IMG/VR virus record: IMGVR_UViG_3300045988_138129
Coordinates: 1-25,037 of that record
DNA: 25,037 nt
Reading direction: 5' to 3' (one strand)
DNA from: a virus
Taxonomy: Duplodnaviria > Heunggongvirae > Uroviricota > Caudoviricetes
A program made the translations under genes and the position numbers. Positions 1 to 8,239 of this stretch are shown here, piece after piece. Under the pieces are notes generated by a model, which was not told the DNA's origin, searched no databases, and saw only the letters and a list, made by a program, of their open reading frames with translations. Each line of letters opens with the position of its first letter. Positions within the stretch are counted from its first letter, which is position 1.

Positions 1-105
1 CAAGGCTGGGACGGAAGTCACTGTCGTTCTCAAAATCGGTGGAGCTGCATGACAAAGTCATCGGGCATTATCTGAACATAAAACACTATCAATAAGTTGG
101 AGTCA

Positions 106-597
106 TTACCCGCGGATGCGGTGCTCAAGCCCGGCGCGATACCAGTGCAACTGATATTCGAAAGACTGCTCAAAGAAAATCTGCTCCAGCTTTTCGATAG
201 CCTCGTCACTGAAAAAATTCTTTTTCGGTTTGCGCCGCCCGCCTTTGTTGCGGTTAGCGATGTTCGGATTAAGGTCTGCCTCGTTGCCGGTCTGGCTGTA
301 GCGGTTTACCCGTGCCAGTCGTTCAATCTGGCGTCCGAGCAGGTCAATTTCCTTGAAGTCACCGCCGGTTTTCTGCGGTTTGATGATGAGCTGGGTCAGC
401 CGCGCTTCCAGACTCATTTCGACACGGCTGATGGGGGCAACGCTGTCCCAGCCGTCGCGCTGTTTCCAGCTCTGCACCGTCGGGCGTTTCATCTGCAACA
501 TGGCGGCAATCTGCGGCACGGAAAACCCCTGCCAGTACAGCAGCGCCGCCTGACGACGCGGGTCGTGTAAAAGAGTGGTGTCTGTGGTGATGGTCAT
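106..597 (-). CDS. P: Terminase ATPase (large) subunit gpP, N-terminal ~163 codons only; apparently truncated
   Basis: Translation MTITTDTTLLHDPRRQAALLYWQGFSVPQIAAMLQMKRPTVQSWKQRDGW... is the HTH-containing N-terminus of P2-family terminase ATPase. GAGG RBS 9 nt upstream of the ATG at 597. An in-frame TAA at 106-108 ends it far short of the ~590 aa expected, before any ATPase motif. Confidence 0.75.
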   Translation of the reverse strand: MTITTDTTLLHDPRRQAALLYWQGFSVPQIAAMLQMKRPTVQSWKQRDGWDSVAPISRVEMSLEARLTQLIIKPQKTGGDFKEIDLLGRQIERLARVNRYSQTGNEADLNPNIANRNKGGRRKPKKNFFSDEAIEKLEQIFFEQSFEYQLHWYRAGLEHRIRG

Positions 598-770
598 GAA
601 TACCTCGCCGTGATGAATACACGGCAAGGCTACTGAGTCGCGCCCCGCGATTCGCTAAGGTGCTGTTGTGTCAGTGATAAGCCATCCGGGACTGATGGCG
701 GAGGATGCGCATCGTCGGGAAACTGATGCCGACATGTGACTCCTCTAATCACTATTCAGGACTCCTGACA
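598..770. promoter_or_regulatory. Divergent P/O intergenic region, expected site of the late promoters for P (leftward) and O (rightward)
   Basis: 173-bp gap between divergent starts of P (597, minus) and O (771, plus). Contains a TGTTGTGT element and a CCGTG-N7-CACGG dyad. Called from position only; no exact late-promoter consensus was confirmed. Confidence 0.35.
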
Positions 771-1625
771 ATGGCAAAAAAAGTCTCAAAATTCTTTCGT
801 ATCGGCGTTGAGGGTGACACCTGTGACGGGCGTGTCATCAGTGCGCAGGATATTCAGGAAATGGCCGAAACCTTTGACCCGCGTGTCTACGGTTGCCGCA
901 TTAACCTGGAACATCTGCGCGGCATCCTGCCTGACGGTATTTTTAAACGTTATGGCGATGTGGCCGAACTGAAGGCCGAAAAGATTGATGACGATTCGGC
1001 GCTGAAAGGCAAATGGGCGCTGTTTGCGAAAATCACCCCGACCGATGACCTTATCGCGATGAACAAGGCCGCGCAGAAGGTCTACACCTCAATGGAAATT
1101 CAGCCGAACTTTGCCAACACCGGCAAATGTTATCTGGTGGGTCTGGCCGTCACCGATGACCCGGCAAGCCTCGGCACGGAATACCTGGAATTCTGCCGCA
1201 CGGCAAAACACAACCCCCTGAACCGCTTCAAATTAAGCCCTGAAAACCTGATTTCAGTGGCAACGCCTGTTGAGCTGGAATTTGAAGACCTGCCTGAAAC
1301 CGTGTTCACCGCCCTGACCGAAAAGGTGAAATCCATTTTTGGCCGCAAACAGGCCAGCGATGACGCCCGTCTGAATGACGTGCATGAAGCGGTGACCGCT
1401 GTTGCTGAACATGTGCAGGAAAAGCTGAGCGCCACTGAGCAGCGACTCGCTGAGATGGAAACCGCCTTTTCCGCACTTAAGCAGGAGGTGACTGACAGGG
1501 CGGATGAAACCAGCCAGGCATTCAGCCGCCTGAAAAACAGTCTCGACCACACCGAAAGTCTGACCCAGCAGCGCCGCAGCAAGGCCACCGGCGGTGGCGG
1601 TGACGCCCTGATGACGAACTGCTGA
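771..1625 (+). CDS. O: Capsid scaffolding protein gpO
   Basis: MAKKVSKFFRIGVEGDTCDGRVISAQDIQEMAETFDPRVYGCRINLEHL... matches P2 gpO. AGGA RBS upstream of the ATG at 771. The ORF-track start at 705 is an upstream extension. Confidence 0.93.
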   Translation: MAKKVSKFFRIGVEGDTCDGRVISAQDIQEMAETFDPRVYGCRINLEHLRGILPDGIFKRYGDVAELKAEKIDDDSALKGKWALFAKITPTDDLIAMNKAAQKVYTSMEIQPNFANTGKCYLVGLAVTDDPASLGTEYLEFCRTAKHNPLNRFKLSPENLISVATPVELEFEDLPETVFTALTEKVKSIFGRKQASDDARLNDVHEAVTAVAEHVQEKLSATEQRLAEMETAFSALKQEVTDRADETSQAFSRLKNSLDHTESLTQQRRSKATGGGGDALMTNC

Positions 1626-1683
1626 CCGGCGTCAGCCAGTCCGGGAAAACCTTCACGATTAACCCTTAATTTCAGGAAAAACT

Positions 1684-2757
1684 ATGCGCCAGGAAACCCG
1701 CTTTAAATTTAATGCCTACCTGTCCCGTGTTGCCGAACTGAACGGCATCGACGCCGGTGATGTGTCGAAAAAATTCACCGTTGAACCGTCGGTCACCCAG
1801 ACCCTGATGAACACCATGCAGGAGTCCTCTGACTTTCTGACCCGCATCAACATTGTGCCGGTCAGCGAAATGAAAGGGGAAAAAATTGGTATTGGTGTCA
1901 CCGGCTCCATCGCCAGCACCACAGACACCGCCGGTGGCACCGAGCGTCAGCCGAAGGACTTCTCGAAGCTGGCGTCAAACAAGTACGAATGCGACCAGAT
2001 TAACTTCGATTTTTATATCCGCTACAAAACGCTTGACCTGTGGGCGCGTTATCAGGATTTCCAGCTCCGTGTCCGTAACGCCATTATCAAACGCCAGTCC
2101 CTTGATTTAATCATGGCCGGTTTTAACGGCGTGAGGCGTGCCGAAACCTCTGACCGCAGCAGTAACCAGATGCTGCAGGATGTGGCGGTCGGCTGGCTGC
2201 AGAAATACCGCAATGAAGCCCCGGCGCGCGTGATGAGCAAGGTTACTGACGAGGAAGGTCACACGACCTCTGAGGTCATCCGCGTGGGTAAGGGCGGTGA
2301 TTATGCCAGCCTCGATGCACTGGTGATGGATGCGACCAACAACCTGATTGAGCCGTGGTATCAGGAAGACCCTGACCTTGTGGTGATTGTGGGGCGTCAG
2401 CTACTGGCGGACAAGTATTTCCCCATCGTCAACAAGGAGCAGGACAACAGCGAGATGCTGGCCGCTGACGTCATCATCAGCCAGAAACGCATCGGTAACC
2501 TGCCGGCGGTACGCGTCCCGTACTTCCCGGCGGATGCGATGCTCATCACGAAGCTGGAAAACCTGTCCATCTACTACATGGATGACAGCCATCGCCGCGT
2601 GATTGTGGAAAACCCGAAACTCGACCGCGTGGAGAACTACGAGTCAATGAACATTGATTACGTGGTGGAAGACTACGCCGCCGGTTGTCTGGTGGAAAAA
2701 ATCAAGGTCGGTGACTTCTCCACACCGGCTAAAGCGACCGCAGAGCCGGGAGCGTAA
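1684..2757 (+). CDS. N: Major capsid protein gpN
   Basis: 357 aa, MRQETRFKFNAYLSRVAELNGIDAGDVSKKF...; P2 gpN-type major capsid protein in the conserved position after O. Confidence 0.95.
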   Translation: MRQETRFKFNAYLSRVAELNGIDAGDVSKKFTVEPSVTQTLMNTMQESSDFLTRINIVPVSEMKGEKIGIGVTGSIASTTDTAGGTERQPKDFSKLASNKYECDQINFDFYIRYKTLDLWARYQDFQLRVRNAIIKRQSLDLIMAGFNGVRRAETSDRSSNQMLQDVAVGWLQKYRNEAPARVMSKVTDEEGHTTSEVIRVGKGGDYASLDALVMDATNNLIEPWYQEDPDLVVIVGRQLLADKYFPIVNKEQDNSEMLAADVIISQKRIGNLPAVRVPYFPADAMLITKLENLSIYYMDDSHRRVIVENPKLDRVENYESMNIDYVVEDYAAGCLVEKIKVGDFSTPAKATAEPGA

Positions 2758-2760
2758 CCG

Positions 2761-3510
2761 ATGACGAGTCCCGCACAGCGCCACATGATGCGGGTCTCGG
2801 CAGCGATGACCGCGCAGCGGGAAGCCGCCCCGCTGCGACATGCAACTGTCTATGAGCAGATGCTGGTTAAGCTCGCCGCAGACCAGCGCACACTGAAAGC
2901 GATTTATTCAAAAGAGCTGAAGGCCGCGAAAAAACGCGAACTGCTGCCGTTCTGGTTGCCGTGGGTGAACGGCGTGCTGGAGCAGGGCAAAGGTGCACAG
3001 GATGACATTCTGATGACGGTCATGCTGTGGCGTCTGGATACCGGCGATATTGCCGGTGCGCTGGAGATTGCCCGTTATGCCCTGAAGTACGGTCTGACCA
3101 TGCCGGGTAAACACCGCCGCACCCCGCCGTACATGTTCACCGAGGAGGTCGCGCTTGCGGCCATGCGTGCCCACGCTGCCGGTGAGTCTGTGGATACCCG
3201 CCTGCTGACGGAGACCCTTGAACTGACTGCCGCTGCTGACATGCCTGATGAAGTGCGCGCAAAGCTGCACAAAATCACCGGTCTGTTTCTGCGTGACGGT
3301 GGTGATGCCGCCGGTGCGCTGGCGCACCTGCAACGTGCGACACAGCTCGACTGTCAGGCAGGCGTCAAAAAAGAGATTGAACGACTGGAGCGGGAGCTGA
3401 AACCGAAGCCGGAGCCGCAGCCGCAGCCAAAAGCGGCCACCCGTACCCCGCGTAAGACCCGGAGCGTGACACCGGCAAAACGTGGACGCCCGAAAAAGAA
3501 AGCCAGTTAA
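2761..3510 (+). CDS. M: Terminase endonuclease (small) subunit gpM
   Basis: 249 aa, MTSPAQRHMMRVSAAMTAQREAAPLRHATVYEQMLVKLAADQRTLKAIY..., basic PKPEPQPQPK...RGRPKKK tail. Position and sequence match P2 gpM. Confidence 0.93.
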   Translation: MTSPAQRHMMRVSAAMTAQREAAPLRHATVYEQMLVKLAADQRTLKAIYSKELKAAKKRELLPFWLPWVNGVLEQGKGAQDDILMTVMLWRLDTGDIAGALEIARYALKYGLTMPGKHRRTPPYMFTEEVALAAMRAHAAGESVDTRLLTETLELTAAADMPDEVRAKLHKITGLFLRDGGDAAGALAHLQRATQLDCQAGVKKEIERLERELKPKPEPQPQPKAATRTPRKTRSVTPAKRGRPKKKAS

Positions 3511-3609
3511 CAACCGAATGCGCCCCGCGCCAGGGCGGCACGCCGGTCAGTGAGGGTGAATCATCTGACACTGCACCGGCGTCCACCGCCCGACTTTTCA
3601 GAGGTAGTC

Positions 3610-4119
3610 ATGATGACGCTGATTATTCCGCGAAAGGAGGCTCCCGTGTCCGGTGAGGGTACGGTGGTCATCCCGCAACCGGCAGGCGACGAGCCGGTGA
3701 TTAAAAACACGTTCTTTTTTCCCGATATCGACCCGAAGCGCGTCCGGGAACGTATGCGCCTTGAGCAGACTGTCGCCCCCGCCCGTCTGCGTGAGGCCAT
3801 CAAGTCAGGCATGGCGGAAACAAATGCGGAGCTGTACGAGTACCGCGAACAGAAAATTGCCGCCGGTTTTACGCGTCTGGCGGACGTCCCGGCGGACGAC
3901 ATCGACGGTGAAAGCATCAGGGTTTTTTACTACGAGCGCGCCGTGTGTGCGATGGCGACCGCGTCGCTGTATGAGCGTTATCGCGGCGTGGATGCCAGTG
4001 CGAAAGGCGACAAGAAGGCTGACAGCATTGACAGCACCATTGATGAGCTGTGGCGGGATATGCGCTGGGCGGTGGCGCGCATCCAGGACAAGCCGCGCTG
4101 CATCGTGAGTCAAATCTGA
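3610..4119 (+). CDS. L: Head completion/stabilization protein gpL
   Basis: MMTLIIPRKEAPVSGEGTVVIPQPAGDEPVIKNTFFFPDIDPKRVRE... with GAGG RBS before the ATG at 3610. The ORF-track start at 3550 is an upstream extension. Confidence 0.92.
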   Translation: MMTLIIPRKEAPVSGEGTVVIPQPAGDEPVIKNTFFFPDIDPKRVRERMRLEQTVAPARLREAIKSGMAETNAELYEYREQKIAAGFTRLADVPADDIDGESIRVFYYERAVCAMATASLYERYRGVDASAKGDKKADSIDSTIDELWRDMRWAVARIQDKPRCIVSQI

Positions 4120-4322
4120 TGAAGACCTTTGCGCTACAGGGCGACACGCTCGACGCCATTTGTGTCCGGTATTACGGGCGCACTGAGGGCGTGGTTGAGA
4201 CCGTGCTCGCCGCAAATCCGGGACTGGCTGAACTGGGCGCGGTGCTGCCGCACGGCACCGCCGTCGAACTGCCCGACGTTCAGACCGCGCCCGTGGCTGA
4301 AACTGTCAATCTGTGGGAGTAA
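4119..4322 (+). CDS. X: Tail protein X (gpX)
   Basis: 67 aa, MKTFALQGDTLDAICVRYYGRTEGVVETVLAANPGLAELGAVLPHGTAVELPDV...; its start overlaps the L stop (TGATG). P2 gpX position. Confidence 0.9.
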   Translation: MKTFALQGDTLDAICVRYYGRTEGVVETVLAANPGLAELGAVLPHGTAVELPDVQTAPVAETVNLWE

Positions 4323-4325
4323 CGC

Positions 4326-4607
4326 ATGACAGCAGAAGAAAAAAGCGTCCTGTCGCTTTTCATGATTGGGGTGCTGATTGTTGTCGGCAAGGTGCTTGCC
4401 GGTGGTGAACCCATCACCCCGCGTCTGTTTATCGGGCGCATGTTGCTCGGTGGTTTTGTCTCGATGGTTGCCGGTGTTGTTCTGGTGCAGTTTCCTGACC
4501 TGTCATTGCCTGCGGTGTGCGGCATCGGCTCCATGCTGGGTATCGCCGGTTATCAGGTGATTGAGATTGCCATTCAGCGCCGCTTTAAGGGCAGGGGGAA
4601 ACCGTAA
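4326..4607 (+). CDS. Y: Holin (gpY)
   Basis: 93 aa with hydrophobic transmembrane segments (LSLFMIGVLIVVGKVLAGG..., GGFVSMVAGVVLVQF) and a charged C-terminus, placed immediately before the endolysin gene. Confidence 0.9.
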   Translation: MTAEEKSVLSLFMIGVLIVVGKVLAGGEPITPRLFIGRMLLGGFVSMVAGVVLVQFPDLSLPAVCGIGSMLGIAGYQVIEIAIQRRFKGRGKP

Positions 4608-5104
4608 TGCCGGTTATTAACACGCATCAGAATATCGCCGCCTTTCTCGACATGCTGGCCGTGTCCGAAGGGACGGCGAACCATCCGCTGACGAAAAACC
4701 GGGGCTATGACGTGATAGTCACCGGACTGGACGGAAAGCCGGAAATTTTCACCGACTACAGTGACCACCCGTTCGCACATGGCCGACCGGCGAAGGTGTT
4801 TAACCGTCGCGGTGAAAAATCCACGGCCTCCGGTCGCTATCAGCAGCTTTACCTGTTCTGGCCGCATTACCGCAAACAGCTTGCCCTGCCGGATTTCAGT
4901 CCGTTGTCACAGGACAGACTCGCCATTCAGTTGATCCGCGAACGCGGTGCGCTGGATGACATCCGGGCGGGACGTATTGAGCGCGCCATTTCACGCTGTC
5001 GCAATATCTGGGCGTCCCTGCCGGGTGCCGGTTACGGTCAGCGTGAGCATTCACTGGAAAAACTGGTCACCGTCTGGCGTACCGCTGGCGGCGTACCGGC
5101 TTAA
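4607..5104 (+). CDS. K: Endolysin (gpK)
   Basis: 165 aa; start overlaps the Y stop (TAATG). Position in the lysis cassette and P2 gpK-like sequence. Confidence 0.9.
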   Translation: MPVINTHQNIAAFLDMLAVSEGTANHPLTKNRGYDVIVTGLDGKPEIFTDYSDHPFAHGRPAKVFNRRGEKSTASGRYQQLYLFWPHYRKQLALPDFSPLSQDRLAIQLIRERGALDDIRAGRIERAISRCRNIWASLPGAGYGQREHSLEKLVTVWRTAGGVPA

Positions 5105-5118
5105 ACGGAGTAAACACC

Positions 5119-5544
5119 ATGAAGAAATTATCCCTTTCACAGATGCTGAACGTGTCGCTGGCGCTGATGCTGGCACTGTCCCTGATTTACCCGCAGAGCG
5201 TGGCCGTCAATTTTGTCGCCGCCTGGGCGATTCTGGCGACGGTTATCTGTGTGGTTACCGGTGGTGTCGGGGTGTATGCCACTGAGTATGTGCTGGAACG
5301 CTACGGGCGGGAGCTGCCGCCGGAATCGCTGGCCGTGAAGATTGTCACGTCGCTGTTTTTGCAGCCGGTGCCGTGGCGCAGACGGGCGGCGGCTCTGGTG
5401 GTGATGGTGGCGACGTTTATCGCGCTGGTCGCTGCCGGGTGGATTTTTACCGCGCTGATTTATCTTGTGGCGTCGGTGTTCTTCCGGCTGATACGTACGG
5501 CCTGCCGTCAGCGTTTTGAGGGGCGGGAACCATGTCAAAGCTGA
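5119..5544 (+). CDS. lysA: Lysis regulatory membrane protein LysA
   Basis: 141 aa, multi-TM hydrophobic protein downstream of the endolysin; P2 lysA position. Confidence 0.85.
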   Translation: MKKLSLSQMLNVSLALMLALSLIYPQSVAVNFVAAWAILATVICVVTGGVGVYATEYVLERYGRELPPESLAVKIVTSLFLQPVPWRRRAAALVVMVATFIALVAAGWIFTALIYLVASVFFRLIRTACRQRFEGREPCQS

Positions 5545-5957
5545 TGATTGTGCTGGTTGTGTTGTTATCACTGGCGGTGCCGGGGCTGTTTCTGGTGAAG
5601 CATGAAAATGCCAGCCTGCGCACCTCACTGGACAGGGCGAACAGCGTCGCCAGCGGGCAGCAGACGACCATCACCATGCTGAAAAATCAGCTTCATGTTG
5701 CACTCACCAGGGCAGACAAAAACGAGCTGGCGCAGGTGGCACTGCGTCAGGAACTGGAGAACGCCGCGAAGCGTGAAGCACTGCGCGAGAAAACCATCAC
5801 GAGGTTACTTAATGAAAACGAGGATTTCCGCCGCTGGTATGGCGCTGACCTGCCTGATGCTGTGCGCCGGTTGCACCAGCGTCCGGCCTGCACTGACGCC
5901 AGTGATTGTCGCCAACGCCTGCCCGAAAGTGAGCCTTTGCCCGATGCCGGGCAGTGA
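5532..5957 (+). CDS. lysB: LysB, Rz-like inner-membrane spanin
   Basis: 141 aa, N-terminal TM segment (LMIVLVVLLSLAVPGLFLV) then a coiled-coil-like periplasmic region; overlaps the lysA stop. Confidence 0.88.
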   Translation: MSKLMIVLVVLLSLAVPGLFLVKHENASLRTSLDRANSVASGQQTTITMLKNQLHVALTRADKNELAQVALRQELENAAKREALREKTITRLLNENEDFRRWYGADLPDAVRRLHQRPACTDASDCRQRLPESEPLPDAGQ

Positions 5958-6102
5958 CCCGCAGAAGAACGGCGATTTAAGTGCCGATATCCGGCAGCTT
6001 GAGAACGCGCTGGCACGCTGTGCCAGCCAGGTAAAAATGATTAAACACTGTCAGGACGAAAACGATGCTCAAACCCGACAGCCTGCGCAGGGCGCTGACT
6101 GA
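5812..6102 (+). CDS. lysC: LysC, Rz1-like outer-membrane lipoprotein spanin, embedded out of frame in the 3' end of lysB
   Basis: In-frame ATG at 5812 inside ORF 5695..6102 gives MKTRISAAGMALTCLMLCAGC..., a signal peptide with an LCAGC lipobox, followed by a proline-rich mature region. Overlaps the lysB 3' end and the R start. Confidence 0.82.
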   Translation: MKTRISAAGMALTCLMLCAGCTSVRPALTPVIVANACPKVSLCPMPGSDPQKNGDLSADIRQLENALARCASQVKMIKHCQDENDAQTRQPAQGAD

Positions 6103-6532
6103 TGCCGTCACGGTGCTGAAAACTAACCCCGATATGCTGCGGATATTCGTGGATAACGGGAGTATTGCCTCCACACTGGCGACGTCGCTGTCGTTCGAAA
6201 AGCGTTACACGCTCAATGTCATTGTGACCGGCTTTACCGGTGATTTTGACCTGCTCATCGTGCCGGTGCTGGCGTGGCTGCGGGAAAATCAGCCCGACAT
6301 CATGACCACCGACGAAGGCCAGAAAAAGGGCTTCACGTTTTATGCAGACATCAACAATGACAGCAGCTTTGATATCAGCATCAGCCTGATGCTGACCGAG
6401 CGCACGCTGGTCAGTGAGGTGGACGGCGCGCTGCATGTGAAGAATATCCCGGAACCTCCGCCGCCGGAGCCGGTCACCCGCCCGATGGAGCTTTATATCA
6501 ATGGCGAACTGGTGAGTAAGTGGGATGAATGA
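6065..6532 (+). CDS. R: Tail completion protein gpR
   Basis: 155 aa, MLKPDSLRRALTDAVTVLKTNPDMLRIFVDNGSIASTLATSLSFEKRYTLNVIVTGFTGDFD...; P2 gpR. Confidence 0.92.
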   Translation: MLKPDSLRRALTDAVTVLKTNPDMLRIFVDNGSIASTLATSLSFEKRYTLNVIVTGFTGDFDLLIVPVLAWLRENQPDIMTTDEGQKKGFTFYADINNDSSFDISISLMLTERTLVSEVDGALHVKNIPEPPPPEPVTRPMELYINGELVSKWDE

Positions 6533-6977
6533 GTTTAAGCGTTTTGAAGACAGGCTGACCGGACTGATTGAGTCGCTGTCACCGTCAGGGCGTCGGCGAC
6601 TGAGCGCCGAACTGGCGAAACGTCTGCGTCAGAGTCAGCAGCGTCGGGTGATGGCACAGAAAGCCCCGGACGGCACACCCTACGCACCACGCCAGCAGCA
6701 GAGCGCCAGAAAAAAGACCGGTCGCGTTAAGCGAAAAATGTTTGCGAAACTTATCACCAGTCGTTTTTTGCATATCCGCGCCAGCCCTGAACAGGCATCA
6801 ATGGAGTTTTACGGCGGGAAGTCACCGAAAATAGCCAGTGTGCATCAGTTCGGTCTGTCGGAAGAAACCCGGAAAGACGGTAAGAAAATTGAATATCCGG
6901 CGCGTCCTCTGCTCGGCTTTACCGGTGAGGATGTGCAGATGATTGAAGAGATTATCCTGGCTCACCTGAATCGTTAG
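6525..6977 (+). CDS. S: Tail completion / virion morphogenesis protein gpS
   Basis: 150 aa, MNEFKRFEDRLTGLIESLSPSGRRRLSAELAKRLRQSQQRRV...; P2 gpS; start overlaps the R stop. Confidence 0.92.
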   Translation: MNEFKRFEDRLTGLIESLSPSGRRRLSAELAKRLRQSQQRRVMAQKAPDGTPYAPRQQQSARKKTGRVKRKMFAKLITSRFLHIRASPEQASMEFYGGKSPKIASVHQFGLSEETRKDGKKIEYPARPLLGFTGEDVQMIEEIILAHLNR

Positions 6978-7052
6978 CTTTAATCATCTGAGAATATAAG
7001 ATAGAAATCAATTGATTAGCATAATTTATTTTGAATTTTCATGTTAATAAAT

Positions 7053-7075
7053 AAAAGGCCAGTTATTGGCCTTTT
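7053..7075. terminator. Bidirectional hairpin terminator between convergent S and the S-V cargo gene
   Basis: aaaaGGCCAgttatTGGCCtttt: GC stem flanked by A-run and T-run, so it can serve both strands. Sits between the S stop (6977) and the stop of the minus-strand cargo gene (7080). Confidence 0.7.
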
Positions 7076-7079
7076 ATCA

Positions 7080-8153
7080 TTACTTTCCATTTTTTAATGA
7101 ATTGATTAACGATGCTATTTGCTCAATGCCATCAAATGTAGATGGTATCTTATCATCGGATAGCATGATGTTTGAAAATACTACGTCTTCGAATTTTGAA
7201 AGCGCTTCCGGATTGTTTTTCCTTATCTCTGAGGAATAGTCGCTATAACTCTGAATGAACTGACAAAGGCTCTTTCTGAGTTCTATTTGCATAATCTGAG
7301 TTCGTAACGATATATGATTTAGCAGTACAACTCTAAAGTAATACATGAAAATCAATGTAACTGATGCAAAAGGTAGTGCTGACATAAAATATGTGGCAGC
7401 ATTTGTCGTTTCGAGAGCTGGTAATTTATGCATTCCATAGTATATCAGCGGGGAGGGAATGATTATAGCCAAGATGATAAGAGTTATTCTTGATAGCATG
7501 ATTTCACTTTCTTTCTTTTTGCCAAGTGAATTAAAGCCTTCAAACAATCCAACAAAATTAAATGCGACCTCATACCCTTTTAATGACTCTTTGATTGACT
7601 CTATTTTGGCATGTTGCTCCTTTAAGAAGGAGTCGCACTTTTCGAAAAATTGACGCCCTTCGTTTAAACTATCAATGTATTTTTTATATGTGTCAACATT
7701 GCTGGAGCTTAAAACTTCTTTAACCATTGCTAATGGCAGTTCTCTAAGAGAAAAGTCTATCTGTGCTCTGCTCCGCTCATCGAATTCATTATAGTTATAC
7801 AGAGCAAAATCCTTGATGGTTCTTAGTGGTGAAAAGTGAGACTCTATTTCCGGAGAGAGAATGCTTGGTTCAATGATAAATCTAAAAAAGCAAGTGAATA
7901 TAAGGTTGATGCTGTTGTTATCTTCTCCCTTTTCTCTTAAGAAACTTTTAAAGGTGTCGCCAATCATAGCAATGTTGTACTGGGATTTTTTGTCCCAATC
8001 TTCAGGGTTTTCGGAAATGAAGTTTATTGCTTGAGCAATTATTTTGTTTCTGCTTGATTCAAAGTTTGTGCCGGGAGTCAGCGTGTTCAAAAAGACCAGA
8101 TAATCTTTGAACAATTCTTTCATTGTTTCTGACGAGAAAAAGTAAGTACTCAT
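7080..8153 (-). CDS. Hypothetical two-TM membrane protein in the S-V accessory position; candidate abortive-infection or defense protein
   Basis: Uninterrupted minus-strand ORF, AT-rich by eye. Soluble N-terminal ~240 aa, two hydrophobic helices (LSRITLIILAIIIPSPLIYYG; AATYFMSALPFASVTLIFMYYFRVVLL), C-terminal ~85 aa tail. ATG at 8153 (MSTYFF...) gives 358 aa and avoids overlapping V; alternative starts are GTG at 8249 (389 aa, overlaps V) and ATG at 8123. Confidence 0.75.
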   Translation of the reverse strand: MSTYFFSSETMKELFKDYLVFLNTLTPGTNFESSRNKIIAQAINFISENPEDWDKKSQYNIAMIGDTFKSFLREKGEDNNSINLIFTCFFRFIIEPSILSPEIESHFSPLRTIKDFALYNYNEFDERSRAQIDFSLRELPLAMVKEVLSSSNVDTYKKYIDSLNEGRQFFEKCDSFLKEQHAKIESIKESLKGYEVAFNFVGLFEGFNSLGKKKESEIMLSRITLIILAIIIPSPLIYYGMHKLPALETTNAATYFMSALPFASVTLIFMYYFRVVLLNHISLRTQIMQIELRKSLCQFIQSYSDYSSEIRKNNPEALSKFEDVVFSNIMLSDDKIPSTFDGIEQIASLINSLKNGK

Positions 8154-8239
8154 AATGGATTTTGTTGTCCCTTGTTGTTCTGTGCACCAGAAATCGTGGT
8201 GTGATTTACTTCGAGATTGTACAGAATCATTATTATCGA
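8154..8239. promoter_or_regulatory. Divergent intergenic region, expected site of the V late promoter and of the cargo-gene promoter
   Basis: 86-bp gap between the cargo-gene start (8153, minus) and the V start (8240, plus), containing TTGTTGT...TTGTTCTGT elements. Called from position only. Confidence 0.3.

Noticed and set aside
97-570. 157-aa plus-strand ORF at the left edge
   Set aside because: Entirely antisense to the terminase N-terminal coding sequence, which has a recognisable protein product; begins with a non-ATG codon.
598-770. Exact match to the late-promoter upstream dyad I recall from the P2 literature (TGT-N12-ACA)
   Set aside because: I scanned the regions upstream of O, V and FI and found TGTTGT-containing elements but no exact match at the expected spacing, so the promoters are reported only as low-confidence positional calls.
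2908-3513. 201-aa minus-strand ORF opposite M, plus several other 60-190 aa antisense ORFs across 1130..5628
   Set aside because: All lie opposite conserved P2-type genes in GC-rich sequence and give Arg/Gly/Ala-rich translations without RBSs.
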